Shown in pieces: positions 31,018 through 41,608 of a DNA stretch of 64,000 bases. Made by a program: the position numbers and the translations under genes. Position 1 is the stretch's first letter; each line of letters opens with the position of its first letter. This DNA comes from Minisyncoccota bacterium (lineage in GTDB: Bacteria > Patescibacteriota > Minisyncoccia > Phycocordibacterales > UBA2100). Where the stretch lies: the NCBI GenBank assembly GCA_031291875.1, contig JARLIE010000040.1, positions 132,088-196,087 on the forward strand, written 5' to 3'. Below the pieces are notes generated by a model. That model was not told the DNA's origin. It did not search any database and saw only the letters and a list, made by a program, of their open reading frames with translations.

Positions 31018-32325
31018 ATGTTAGGAAGACGTCTGTGGGCACTGCTCATAATCGTCCTGGGAGCCGGGGTCGGTTTTTTCGTATACCACACTCAGGTGAC
31101 AGGTTCTTGGCCGTTTAAGCTCGGTCTTGATCTCTCCGGCGGTACCCAGCTTGTCTATCAGGCCAACTTGAACGACATCCAGCAGCAGGATGTTGCGGGC
31201 TCTATGTCCGCGCTCCAGCAGACGATCGAGCGTCGCGTCAATCTCTTCGGCGTCGCTGAGCCGCTCGTGCAAACGGAAAACTCCGGCGGTCAGCAGCGAC
31301 TCATCGTTGAGTTGCCGGGCGTTACCGATACGCAGCGCGCGATCCAGCTTATCGGCCAGACGCCGGTTCTGGAGTTCCGACTTCTCAAACAAGGCGCGAC
31401 TCTCCCGACAGATACTTCGACAACGTCGATCAATGCGGCGTTTGAACCGGCTGTTTTGACCGGCGCCGATCTCACCAATGCGAGCCTGCAATTCCAGGGC
31501 GCAAGCGGGATCGTTCAGGAACCAACCGTCGTTCTGCAATTCAACACGCAAGGTGCACAACTCTTTTCGCAGATCACCGGCCAAAACATCGGTCGTCCGC
31601 TCGGTATTTTTCTCGATGGTGTACTGCTCGAGGCTCCAACGATCCAGCAGGCTATCCCGAACGGGCAGGCTATCATTTCCGGCAACATGACCGCGCAGAG
31701 CGCGAGAGACCTTGCGGACAGCTTGAATGAAGGTGCCTTGCCGGTCCCCATCCAGCTCATTTCGACGGAAACGGTTGCCGGCACTCTCGGCAGCCAAGCG
31801 GTACAAAGCGGCGTTCTCGCCGGTCTTATCGGCGTCGGTCTCGTCATGATCTTTATGGTTCTCTGGTATCGATTGCCGGGATTGCTCGCTTGCGTCGCAC
31901 TCTCGCTCTACATCATTGTCGTACTCGCACTTTTCAAAGTTATTCCCGTCACCCTGACCGCTGCAGGTATCGCCGCGTTCATTCTTTCGATCGGTATGGC
32001 CGTCGACGCCAACATCCTTATCTTCGAGCGAATGAAGGAAGAGTTGCGAAGCGGCAAGGGAGCGGAGGCGGCAATCCGCGATGGATTCGCGCGCGCCTGG
32101 CCCTCGATCCGCGACTCCAACATCTCTTCGATGATCACTGCCGTCATTCTTTTCTACTTCGGGACTGACATCATTCAGGGCTTCGCACTCGTCTTCGGAC
32201 TCGGCGTACTTGTCTCGATGTTGACTGCGATCTCGGTTTCTCGCACGTTCCTCTATGCGCTCGGTCTCAAAGCACAGGGAGGCTTCTCGCGATTCCTTTT
32301 CAGTAGCGGCATTTCCCTCAAATAA
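31018..32325 (+). CDS. secD: protein translocase subunit SecD
   Basis: N-terminal TM, periplasmic domain (LGLDLSGGTQLVYQANLND...) and 6-TM C-terminal block (FKVIPVTLTAAGIAAFILSIGMAVDANILIFERMKEE). Confidence 0.85.
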   Translation: MLGRRLWALLIIVLGAGVGFFVYHTQVTGSWPFKLGLDLSGGTQLVYQANLNDIQQQDVAGSMSALQQTIERRVNLFGVAEPLVQTENSGGQQRLIVELPGVTDTQRAIQLIGQTPVLEFRLLKQGATLPTDTSTTSINAAFEPAVLTGADLTNASLQFQGASGIVQEPTVVLQFNTQGAQLFSQITGQNIGRPLGIFLDGVLLEAPTIQQAIPNGQAIISGNMTAQSARDLADSLNEGALPVPIQLISTETVAGTLGSQAVQSGVLAGLIGVGLVMIFMVLWYRLPGLLACVALSLYIIVVLALFKVIPVTLTAAGIAAFILSIGMAVDANILIFERMKEELRSGKGAEAAIRDGFARAWPSIRDSNISSMITAVILFYFGTDIIQGFALVFGLGVLVSMLTAISVSRTFLYALGLKAQGGFSRFLFSSGISLK

Positions 32326-32326
32326 T

Positions 32327-33229
32327 ATGTTCATCATTCGTCATCGGTACTGGTTCTTCAGCTTCACCGCGATTGTCGTGATCCTTTCGATTGCTTCGCT
32401 CGTTTTCTATGGACTTCACGAAAGCATCGATTTCACCGGCGGCACGCTCGTCGATGTCACCTATCCCGCAAGGAAGCCGAGTGCCGCGATACTCGAGCAA
32501 TCGCTCAACACGGCAGGCTTTTCTGGTTATTCACTCCGCGAAGTCGGCGCAAGCGACTACGATCTTCGTTCGAGCAATCTCACCGACGCACAGCGCAACA
32601 ACTTGCCCGCGATACTTTCCATCAACGGCCAGTATCCAGCCAACGTCGTTTCGCTCGATGAGATCGGTCCGACCATCGGTGCGCAGCTGCGTTCGAATTC
32701 GATCACGGCGGTCGGCCTCGTCCTTTTGTGCATCCTTCTCTTTATTGCATTTGCGTTCCGTAAGGTATCCAAACCGGTCTCTTCGTGGATGTATGGCCTT
32801 ATGGCGATCGTCGGCCTTTGCCACAACGTGCTCGTGACCTGCGGCTTCTTTGCGCTCTTGGGGCACCTCACGGGCGCTCAAGTCGACACGCTCTTCGTTA
32901 CGGCGATCCTCACGGTTCTTGGCTTCTCAGTACACGACACCATCGTGGTGTTCGACCGAGTTCGCGAAAATCTCCGCGTCAACCAGGAGAAGGGAAGGCG
33001 AGAAGATTTCGAAGAGACAGCGGGCCGTGCGCTTGGTCAAACGTTCACGCGCTCCATCAATACGTCGCTCACGGTGCTCCTTACATTGCTCGCGCTCTAT
33101 TTCCTCGGTCCGCAATCGACGCAAACCTTTTCGCTCACACTTCTCGTCGGTATTATCGCTGGTACGTACTCTTCGATTTTCCTCGCAACGCCGCTTTTGG
33201 CCGAGATCGAAACTCGTCGCAAAAAATAG
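32327..33229 (+). CDS. secF: protein translocase subunit SecF
   Basis: Start at MFIIRHRYWFFSF immediately after the secD stop. SecF motifs GIDFTGGTLVDV, GFSVHDTIVVFDRVREN. Confidence 0.85.
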   Translation: MFIIRHRYWFFSFTAIVVILSIASLVFYGLHESIDFTGGTLVDVTYPARKPSAAILEQSLNTAGFSGYSLREVGASDYDLRSSNLTDAQRNNLPAILSINGQYPANVVSLDEIGPTIGAQLRSNSITAVGLVLLCILLFIAFAFRKVSKPVSSWMYGLMAIVGLCHNVLVTCGFFALLGHLTGAQVDTLFVTAILTVLGFSVHDTIVVFDRVRENLRVNQEKGRREDFEETAGRALGQTFTRSINTSLTVLLTLLALYFLGPQSTQTFSLTLLVGIIAGTYSSIFLATPLLAEIETRRKK

Positions 33230-33239
33230 GCAAAAAGAA

Positions 33240-33275
33240 AAGCGCCGGAACATTCGTTCCGGCGCTTTCGCCTTT
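33240..33275. terminator. bidirectional rho-independent terminator
   Basis: A-run, then agcgccggaac-attc-gttccggcgct, then ttcgccttt, between secF (+) and the convergent minus-strand gene. Confidence 0.75.
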
Positions 33276-33285
33276 GGGTGGAGCT

Positions 33286-33783
33286 TCACGCCGCAGATTT
33301 CCGCGGCAAAGAAAAGAGCCGCTCGATGAACATGCGCCCGTCACGACCGAAATCGTTCAAGGGCATGAACTGCGCAAAATGGAAGTGTTCTCCGGCGACG
33401 CCAGATTCATCCATCTTGTCGCGATAGAGCCCGACTAGGTGAATATACTTGCACGACTTGATGAGGTGACGTGAAAGCAGTGAATTCCAGTTGCCGATCA
33501 GGCCGACGAGTTTGCCGATTTCGTAGGCTTCGTGAATGGCGAGGCGTTCGACCCGTTGCAGTTCCGATTCCTCGCGACCATTGCTTTTGCCACTTGCTTT
33601 GCCCTGCATGACGACCAGTGCGTCGACCTTGGCCAGCGTCTCTCGAATCGCGTCGAGGCTCACCAATAAGTCGCGCTTGTGGGCTCCCAGGTACACTGCT
33701 TTTCCGTTTGCGCTGTTGACGAAGTCTGCCGCACGCAGCGCTTCGGTCTCGGTATCGGCGTGGGACACCACCAATAGCTTCAT
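33286..33783 (-). CDS. hypothetical Rossmann-like protein
   Basis: 165-aa ORF (MKLLVVSHADTETEALRAADFVN...). Fold-level resemblance only. Confidence 0.35.
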   Translation of the reverse strand: MKLLVVSHADTETEALRAADFVNSANGKAVYLGAHKRDLLVSLDAIRETLAKVDALVVMQGKASGKSNGREESELQRVERLAIHEAYEIGKLVGLIGNWNSLLSRHLIKSCKYIHLVGLYRDKMDESGVAGEHFHFAQFMPLNDFGRDGRMFIERLFSLPRKSAA

Positions 33784-34763
33784 ATTCCGCTCCGCTCTAG
33801 GTTGTTTGAAAGAACTAAGAACTTACAGGCTTGCTGTACCAGATTTCGCTTTGCGATCTGGAATCTTGCTCGATCGGTCTTCGGGAAAGATTCCAGATAA
33901 CAGTCACTAAAAAAGCCCCGCTTCGGGGCCTGGTTGTTTGCGAATGTCTCTGCTCTTACCGCGCAAATGCCAAACCCCGATGGGTTCTAAAATAGAAGAA
34001 ATAAAACCATTGCGCGCTACGAAACATGTTCATACAAAGTATCGGTTCTGATGAACCTTGTCAATTACCGTAGCACGGCCACTCGTCAGTCTGCATGAAA
34101 ACAGTGCGTCTGTAGCTTGACGCCGCAGAGCTGCGGGACTACCATTTTTGATGGACGGCCTAAAACAGTTCACGGTGATTTCAGCGCACACGTTTTTCGT
34201 GTATCGAGATCGGCCCACCTCGGGTGATTCGATCCCGGTACACGAACATGACGGTCATGTTCGATGATATCGGCAACTCGTTCTTGAGGGCAAAAACAAT
34301 GGCAATAAAGACGCACGACCCAGGCCTCCTTCCCGAACACTTGGGCATCGGTAGCAACCAGCCGTTCGATCACAAACCGCGTTCCGGCCTCCCGCACGAG
34401 CCGATGCAGGCAGTTGCGGGCGAGACTGGAGGTAGTGATCCGGATACACAGGGCAAACCGCTTAGTCAGGTGAATGGCGGCTTCGTGGAAAAATTCCGCG
34501 GCATTTGAAGTCGTGACAGTACATACTGACGCCGCCTGGTTCTCCAGGCGGCTCTTTACTTGTGCTGCTTGACACTGATGACTCGTCAGCTATTGTGAAA
34601 TTATGTTTTTTAAGCAGGATCAAGTACTTCGTCTTGAAGTTCTCCTTACCGATTTCGGTGGGGGTTCTGCTTGTCTCTAAATCTCAAGATTCGGAAACAA
34701 GGAGGCCCTCCACCAAGAGCCTTGTTCTTTGAATCTATGGTGGCAACCAGGAAAGGAAAGTAG

Positions 34764-35183
34764 ATGTCACGAGCAGCTGCGAAGAAAACGACCGCCGATC
34801 AACCGGTGGTACCGGAGCGAATAAAACTCGTTTCGTACCGAATTATCTCTGGTACGAAGATCGAGAATAACGTGAGCGGCGTGTTGCATATCGGGCCCGA
34901 GCGTACCGTCTTCGAGGAATCGGGGACCGACACAATGGATGCGCTGTGCAAAGCGCTTCAGATCCTCGCGCCGGGATTTAAGGTGATGGAATACGACCTC
35001 AGGGCCGCCAATTTACCCTCGGCCTCCGAAGCAACGGCGAATGTGGTTCTTGCCAGCAACGGCCGCACCTATGGCGGCGTCGGCCGAGATGGGAATATGG
35101 ACGTCGCGATGGCAAAAGCCGTCGTCGGCGCATTAAATCAGTTGCGCACCGGTGAGTTTCGCATTGCAAATGGAATCGACTAA
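34764..35183 (+). CDS. stand-alone LeuA allosteric (dimerisation)-domain-like protein
   Basis: GVGRDGNMDVAMAKAVVGALNQL resembles the GNGPVDA...A motif of the 2-isopropylmalate synthase regulatory domain. No catalytic TIM-barrel part present. Confidence 0.4.
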   Translation: MSRAAAKKTTADQPVVPERIKLVSYRIISGTKIENNVSGVLHIGPERTVFEESGTDTMDALCKALQILAPGFKVMEYDLRAANLPSASEATANVVLASNGRTYGGVGRDGNMDVAMAKAVVGALNQLRTGEFRIANGID

Positions 35184-35218
35184 CCAAGGAGGAAGAAGAG
35201 ATCGATCTTTTGGATTAT

Positions 35219-35255
35219 CGTCGCCGGCGCATTTCGCGCCGGCGATTTTTCTTGA
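35219..35255 (+). terminator. rho-independent terminator
   Basis: cgccggcgc-atttc-gcgccggcg followed by atttttcttg. Confidence 0.75.
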
Positions 35256-35326
35256 CGCAGGTCGATTTCAACCTACACTAAGCGCTCCGAACGTAGCTTG
35301 GAGTTCGGCGATCTTTGGAGGTTTCT

Positions 35327-35497
35327 ATGGGTACTGACTCGACCACGACCAAGAAGCTTGACCCGTCTCGAGGACGAGACAACACGTGCTCGCCATCATT
35401 GCGTGAGCCGAGCACCGGAACGCGGCCGAACCGCCTCACCAAGCGTGAAGCAAACAGCGGGGAAGCCGAGGAATCGGAATTCAAGCCCGCACATTGA
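35327..35497 (+). CDS. small basic low-complexity protein (56 aa), below ORF-track size cutoff
   Basis: SD ggagg 7 nt upstream of the ATG. MGTDSTTTKKLDPSRGRDNTCSPSLREPSTGTRPNRLTKREANSGEAEESEFKPAH. Terminator follows 25 nt after the stop. Confidence 0.35.
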   Translation: MGTDSTTTKKLDPSRGRDNTCSPSLREPSTGTRPNRLTKREANSGEAEESEFKPAH

Positions 35498-35520
35498 TCT
35501 GTCGATGATGCTATCGACCA

Positions 35521-35557
35521 AAGACCCTGAATCCGTTCAGGGTCTTTTGTTATCCTC
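35521..35557 (+). terminator. rho-independent terminator
   Basis: agaccctgaa-tccg-ttcagggtct followed by tttgttat. Confidence 0.7.
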
Positions 35558-35826
35558 ATGAATTCTCGGCACCTTGCAAAACGGGCGTACAATACTAAAA
35601 GCGACAAATGGCTCGGCAGGAAGTGAACTGACCCACCGGAAAGGGGATCTTCCAATCGACTCGCATGGCCACAGGGTACACGGATGGTCCCTGCCTCCCA
35701 GCGAGTCAAAACAGCTCGGTACGCGTTTGCCTGTGTCTCTATACATAAACCCTATAGGGAGAACTCCTAAACGGAGGGCGCGTCAGAGCAATCTGGCGCG
35801 CCGTTTACCATGAAAACGCCATGCGC

Positions 35827-35854
35827 TTGACATGAAATCGACTTCGCTTATACT
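35827..35854 (+). promoter_or_regulatory. sigma70-type promoter of 16S rRNA
   Basis: TTGACA-16 nt-TATACT read directly, ~350 nt upstream of the 16S 5' end. Confidence 0.6.
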
Positions 35855-36206
35855 TGGCCGACCATCGCTCCTGATGGCCTTTTCTTTGGAATCTTTGCGG
35901 TTCCAAAAGAATCGCTCAAGCATCATCTCGATGCAGAGCCTTTCAACCGAAACGTCGGCGGAGCATGGTTGAACTTTGAAAACTGAATAAAGAAGATTGT
36001 ACGCATCAAGATCGAAGCAATTCGATCGTTGGTAAGTAAACACACAAAAAAACAGTAAGTGGAAGGAAAGTATGGTATCCGAACGGATAGTTCGGATAGC
36101 ACATTCTTTTGTTCCGTCCATCCTAAGAAAGAGTAAGAAACAAATTCTAGAAGCCTCTCGTTGCCGATTCATTCGGCCGACGCTTCGAAGGTAAAATTAC
36201 TTTTAC

Positions 36207-37657
<1,451 letters not shown>

Positions 37658-37938
37658 AAAAATTGACCTTTCTGCCTTTAGTGGTGGATCGAGTCGAGTC
37701 GATTCGTGTGTCTCGATCGAGCACATGAGGGAAATGGCATTCATCCCAAAATGATGCCTGACAACTCGCAAAGACGAGTGTTTGGACGGAACAAAAGAGT
37801 GTAAATCCAAATCCAAGTACTGTGTGTGTTACAAAACAAAATAGGCCGCCCAAAGCGGTCTCTTTTGCGTTGGGCCGAACGATGCTAGGCTGAATGAGGT
37901 CACGCTCTCACCGCATAAGAGGGCAGGAGGGAACGATC

Positions 37939-38154
37939 ATGTTTATGGCTTTTATGGGACCTTGTCCTTTGCCCGGACCTGGTCCTCGTAAGGAACCGAC
38001 GCCGCGTCGGAAGTTGCCTCAAAAGAGAGAGTTGCCTCGCGGGAGCTTGCTTGAACGCACGTTGCTTGCCGCGAGCATCGTCGGTCTCATCGTCCTGTTC
38101 GGGATTCCGGCGTTGGGAATTCTGATCGGAAAGAAGTTCTCCAAACATACGTAA
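37939..38154 (+). CDS. small tail-anchored membrane protein (72 aa) in the 16S-tRNA-Ile spacer
   Basis: Strong SD aggagg 8 nt upstream of ATG 37939. MFMAFMGPCPLPGPGPRKEPTPRRKLPQKRELPRGSLLERTLLAASIVGLIVLFGIPALGILIGKKFSKHT. A rho-independent terminator lies 40 nt downstream. Confidence 0.45.
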   Translation: MFMAFMGPCPLPGPGPRKEPTPRRKLPQKRELPRGSLLERTLLAASIVGLIVLFGIPALGILIGKKFSKHT

Positions 38155-38195
38155 GTATAGGAGAGTCCGAATCCTTTAGTTGCCGAAGTAAAGAA

Positions 38196-38232
38196 AATGC
38201 CGGGTTCGCGAATGCGAACCCGGCTTTGTCAT
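38196..38232 (+). terminator. rho-independent terminator
   Basis: gccgggttcgc-gaat-gcgaacccggc followed by tttgtcatttg. Confidence 0.75.
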
Positions 38233-38589
38233 TTGAAACTGAAGAACTCAACGAGTGGAGGCATGATCATGCCGGATCTTCGGCGTTCGTTGCCCGCTGT
38301 CAAAAGCGGCGACGCGCGCCATGCGTTCGAACTTCTGCATAATACGGCGCAGGCCGCTTTTCGGACGTCGACCCGGTGATTTGCCTTTCGAAGCCATTCC
38401 GTTTCTCCCTAGTGGCAGCAAGATTGGAGGACCGTTCCGCCAATCCGTGCCAAAAAGTAGCATAAACGCTTCATTTTTGCTACTATCTTTTTGCGAATTG
38501 CGCCGTAAGCCTTTGTCTTGTAGCAAAGTTTTTAGGTGCGTCGTTTTGGGGAAATTGCGAGCACAAAGCCGCAATTTTACTCCTTAGTA

Positions 38590-38663
38590 GCGCTAGTAGT
38601 TCAGTGGTAGAACGCTGTCCTGATAAGACAGAGGTCGTAGGTCCGATTCCTACCTAGCGCACC
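38590..38663 (+). tRNA. tRNA-Ile (anticodon GAT)
   Basis: Manual fold: acceptor GCGCTAG/CTAGCGC, D-stem GTTC/GAAC, anticodon stem CTGTC/GACAG with loop CTGATAA, 5-nt variable loop, T-stem GTAGG/CCTAC, discriminator A. CCA not fully encoded. Confidence 0.8.
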
Positions 38664-38841
38664 TGACTGAAAAATCCTGCCTGTGCAGGATTTTTCTGTA
38701 CAGGTGCGGGCCGGAGCGATGTCGCGCCAACAGGCGAAGCTAGCGAGACGGGGCCGCGAAATTTTGTTCGCGACGGCGAATAAATGTCCGTGACCACGAG
38801 GAAGAAAAGAATTACCCGTGACCACAAAAGACAGATGAATA

Positions 38842-40176
38842 ATGAGCGCGTATAATGCCCCCATGAATTACAGGATTCAGGGCGGCAGGAGGCTTTCGGG
38901 CACGGTACAGACCAATGTTTCGAAGAATGCGGCGGTGGCGCTACTTGCCGCGTCGATCCTCAATAAAGGAACGACCACCCTGAAAAAGATGCCTCGTATC
39001 GAGGAGGTAAAGCGGCTTATCGAAACTCTCGAATCGATCGGCGTGCAGATCGAATGGAGCGAGAACGGAGACATGACGCTTACGCCGCCGACAAGGTTCG
39101 ACCTTGGCGCGATCAATCGCGCTTCTGCAGAACGCACCCGTTCGATCGCGCTTTTTATCGCGCCGCTCGCACACATGCTCGGCTCCTTCGAGCTCCCGGC
39201 GCCCACAGGCTGCGATTTGGGCAAACGAAGTCTTGGCGCGCATATCGATGCACTCGAAAAGCTCGGCATCAAAATCAGTGGCAATGAAGAGGCGCACACC
39301 TATCATGTCGAAAGCAATATCGGCAAAGGGGAACGCACGACGGAGATAGTCATGTACGAAGCATCCGACACCGGCGTCGAGAACGTGCTTATGGCGGCCG
39401 CAAAGATTCCGGGCGTGACGACTATTAAGTTCGCCTCCGCCAATTACATGGTGCAGGACCTGTGCGTTTTTTTGCAGGCCTGTGGCGTACAGATCGACGG
39501 TATTGGTACCTCGACGCTTGTTGTGCGTGGCGTAAAAGATCTCAATGCAGCTATCGTCGGATTCCCGAGCGAAGATCCGATTGAAAGCATGTTCTTTGTT
39601 TCGCTCGCCGCAACTACCGGTTCGGAGCTTACGATCCAGCGCTGCCCGATTGATTTTCTTGAATTGGAACTCTACACCCTGGGGCAAATGGGATTGCACT
39701 ACGAAATAGGTGAGCGCTATCTCGCTGAAAACGGCCGTGCGGTACTTGCCGACGTCGTAATTCGTCCATCGAAGCTCCTCGCCGCGCCGGATAAAATCGC
39801 CGCACGACCGTACCCGGGTATTAATATCGACAACTTGCCGTTCTTTGTTCCTCCGGCCACCCAGGCCCAAGGGGCGACGCTCATCCACGACTGGGTCTAC
39901 GATGGCCGCGCCAAGTGGTATTTGGAAATGAATAAACTCGGCGCAAATATCAAACTGCTCGACGACCACCGCGCGCTCGTAACGGGACCGACCAAACTGC
40001 ACGGCGCCGAAGTAGATGCGCCGCCGGCGCTTCGTCCCGCGACGCTGCTCCTGATCGGCATGCTTGCCTCAGAGGGGGAATCGACGCTTCGCAATGTGTA
40101 TCCGATCAATAGAGGGTATGCGAATTTAGCCGAACGGTTGCAAAAATTGGGCGCGGAAATCCAAGCGATAGAGTGA
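38842..40176 (+). CDS. murA: UDP-N-acetylglucosamine 1-carboxyvinyltransferase
   Basis: MNYRIQGGRRLSGTVQTNVSKNAAVALLAAS, the MurA N-terminus. Active-site Cys context PTGCDLGKRSLGAHIDAL. Alternative start at 38863. Confidence 0.9.
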   Translation: MSAYNAPMNYRIQGGRRLSGTVQTNVSKNAAVALLAASILNKGTTTLKKMPRIEEVKRLIETLESIGVQIEWSENGDMTLTPPTRFDLGAINRASAERTRSIALFIAPLAHMLGSFELPAPTGCDLGKRSLGAHIDALEKLGIKISGNEEAHTYHVESNIGKGERTTEIVMYEASDTGVENVLMAAAKIPGVTTIKFASANYMVQDLCVFLQACGVQIDGIGTSTLVVRGVKDLNAAIVGFPSEDPIESMFFVSLAATTGSELTIQRCPIDFLELELYTLGQMGLHYEIGERYLAENGRAVLADVVIRPSKLLAAPDKIAARPYPGINIDNLPFFVPPATQAQGATLIHDWVYDGRAKWYLEMNKLGANIKLLDDHRALVTGPTKLHGAEVDAPPALRPATLLLIGMLASEGESTLRNVYPINRGYANLAERLQKLGAEIQAIE

Positions 40177-40278
40177 GTGGCGGCTCTCACGTGTGATTAA
40201 TTTGACAGCAAGTCCCGTTGCGTTAGGGTAGGAGAAGAATCTGGGATTGGCCCGGATCGCAACACGCGAGGATATCCA

Positions 40279-40551
40279 ATGAGCGCTTCGCAAATTGCCG
40301 CGGGCAGGTCTCACCCGGACCGCGCGAAAGTCGGTAGGACGATCACCGGCTGGGTGGCTTCCCGAGAAGGAAAGCAATGGCGTATTGAGGTCGAAGACGG
40401 CGGCCCGTCCAGAGTGCTGGATAAGTCGTGCCTGAACAGTTCGGGCTTCGTCGACGTCGAGGCCGCGGAGGGACGAACGATCATTTTCGAAACTTCGCCG
40501 AATAACGAGCTCGAGATCTCGCGAGTCATCGCATTTGGCGAGAAGGCTTGA
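40279..40551 (+). CDS. hypothetical small protein
   Basis: 90-aa ORF followed by a strong terminator. No motif recognised. Confidence 0.4.
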   Translation: MSASQIAAGRSHPDRAKVGRTITGWVASREGKQWRIEVEDGGPSRVLDKSCLNSSGFVDVEAAEGRTIIFETSPNNELEISRVIAFGEKA

Positions 40552-40577
40552 ATCGAGATAGGGTGTCACGATCATAA

Positions 40578-40610
40578 GGAGGGGACCTGTGCCCCTCCGA
40601 TTTTTTTGGT
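40578..40610 (+). terminator. rho-independent terminator
   Basis: ggagggg-acctgtg-cccctcc followed by gatttttttgg. Confidence 0.8.
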
Positions 40611-40624
40611 ACTATCTGCAACGC

Positions 40625-40708
40625 GGGCATGTGGCGGAATTGGTATACGCGTGCGTCTCAGAAGCGCATTCCGAAAGGATTGGGAGTTCGAGTCTCCCCA
40701 TGCCCACC
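40625..40708 (+). tRNA. tRNA-Leu (anticodon CAG), type II with long variable arm
   Basis: Manual fold: acceptor GGGCATG/CATGCCC, 3-bp D-stem GCG/CGC, anticodon stem TGCGT/GCGCA with loop CTCAGAA, variable arm TCC-GAAA-GGA, T-arm GGGAG-TTCGAGT-CTCCC, discriminator A. Confidence 0.6.
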
Positions 40709-40949
40709 GCGGTATGCCGACCAGGCACGTTCTCGAGCCTGGCGCTCATATATTGAGCGTTGTATAGTCTCGCCGGAGTGCTCTTTGTCATCGCAGCGCT
40801 TACCTTCAATCCAAAGCAGTTTGCCGCAGCAGAAAGCGGCTCAAATTTGGGCCTCGCTCTGCTATGGCAAACTCTCACGAACGAGAGAGCCCGCTAGCAA
40901 CGCGACTATTTGTCCGATTAAGGACTGTTTGTCGCAGAGGAGACAACTC

Positions 40950-41519
40950 ATGAACGATTTCACGTTCGATGTTGGGCTCGCCTTCAAGCTCAAGCAAGCA
41001 GCTGTACGTAATGGTATCGAGGATGCCGCTGATATCGACTGGCTGTGCCAGGGGAAAAACCTCGCAGACATACGTCGGGTTCGATTAGGATATGCAGCCA
41101 TTACGATACCGGAGCACTTGATTGACCTCGACACCGATCCGTTCGTTCCCAAAGGTTGGAAGGTCGAGGAACATCGAAAAGGCGGTCACTTCAAATGGGA
41201 CGCCACGAAGGTCGTGTTGTATAGCTCGAAGAGGCAGCGAGATGGCAAGTGGATGACGGGCGACATGCTCCGCGAGGAGCTGAAAGGCAAGAGCGTCTAC
41301 AACGCCAATTTGCTCGACTACCTGCTCAAACATCCACTCCTCATTCCCGAGGAGTGGAAGGGCACGCCCGTCTCTTTCTGGGGAACCGCGTACTGCCACC
41401 CTGACGTCCGCCTCTTCGTTCGCTGCCTCTATTGGTATGGCGACTGGTGGCACTGGCGCTATTGCCCGCTCGACGGCGACTGGGACGGCGCTAATCTTGC
41501 TGCGGTGCACGTAAGTTGA
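40950..41519 (+). CDS. hypothetical protein with Trp/Cys-rich C-terminus, adjacent to tRNA-Leu
   Basis: Start moved to MNDFTF (ATG 40950, SD gaggag 8 nt upstream) because the ORF-track start at 40629 overlaps the tRNA. The C-terminus CHPDVRLFVRCLYWYGDWWHWRYCPLDGDWDG is unusual. Confidence 0.5.
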   Translation: MNDFTFDVGLAFKLKQAAVRNGIEDAADIDWLCQGKNLADIRRVRLGYAAITIPEHLIDLDTDPFVPKGWKVEEHRKGGHFKWDATKVVLYSSKRQRDGKWMTGDMLREELKGKSVYNANLLDYLLKHPLLIPEEWKGTPVSFWGTAYCHPDVRLFVRCLYWYGDWWHWRYCPLDGDWDGANLAAVHVS

Positions 41520-41545
41520 ATTTTGGGCTTGGTGCCTTGGGATTT

Positions 41546-41573
41546 TTGACCCTTTGCGCTTTGCTCTTATAAT
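41546..41573 (+). promoter_or_regulatory. near-consensus sigma70 promoter (TTGACC-16-TATAAT)
   Basis: Read directly. Followed immediately by a stable hairpin plus T-run and a 16-codon SD-led mini-ORF before rdgB. Confidence 0.5.
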
Positions 41574-41574
41574 C

Positions 41575-41608
41575 GAACCGCGCATCCGAAGATGCGCGGT
41601 TCTTTCTT
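41575..41608 (+). terminator. hairpin plus T-run: terminator of the upstream gene and/or 5' leader attenuator-like structure
   Basis: gaaccgcgcatc-cgaa-gatgcgcggttc followed by tttcttg. Confidence 0.6.

Noticed and set aside
34170-34510. IS element or transposase at the gene-poor 34.2-34.5 kb region
   Set aside because: No terminal inverted repeats, no DDE or other transposase motif I can recognise, and reading frames are fragmented. Retained only as a possible gene remnant in findings.
40629-40949. Long N-terminal extension of the 40950 gene (ORF-track start 40629)
   Set aside because: The extension overlaps the predicted tRNA-Leu and has no SD. A good SD (gaggag) precedes the internal ATG at 40950.
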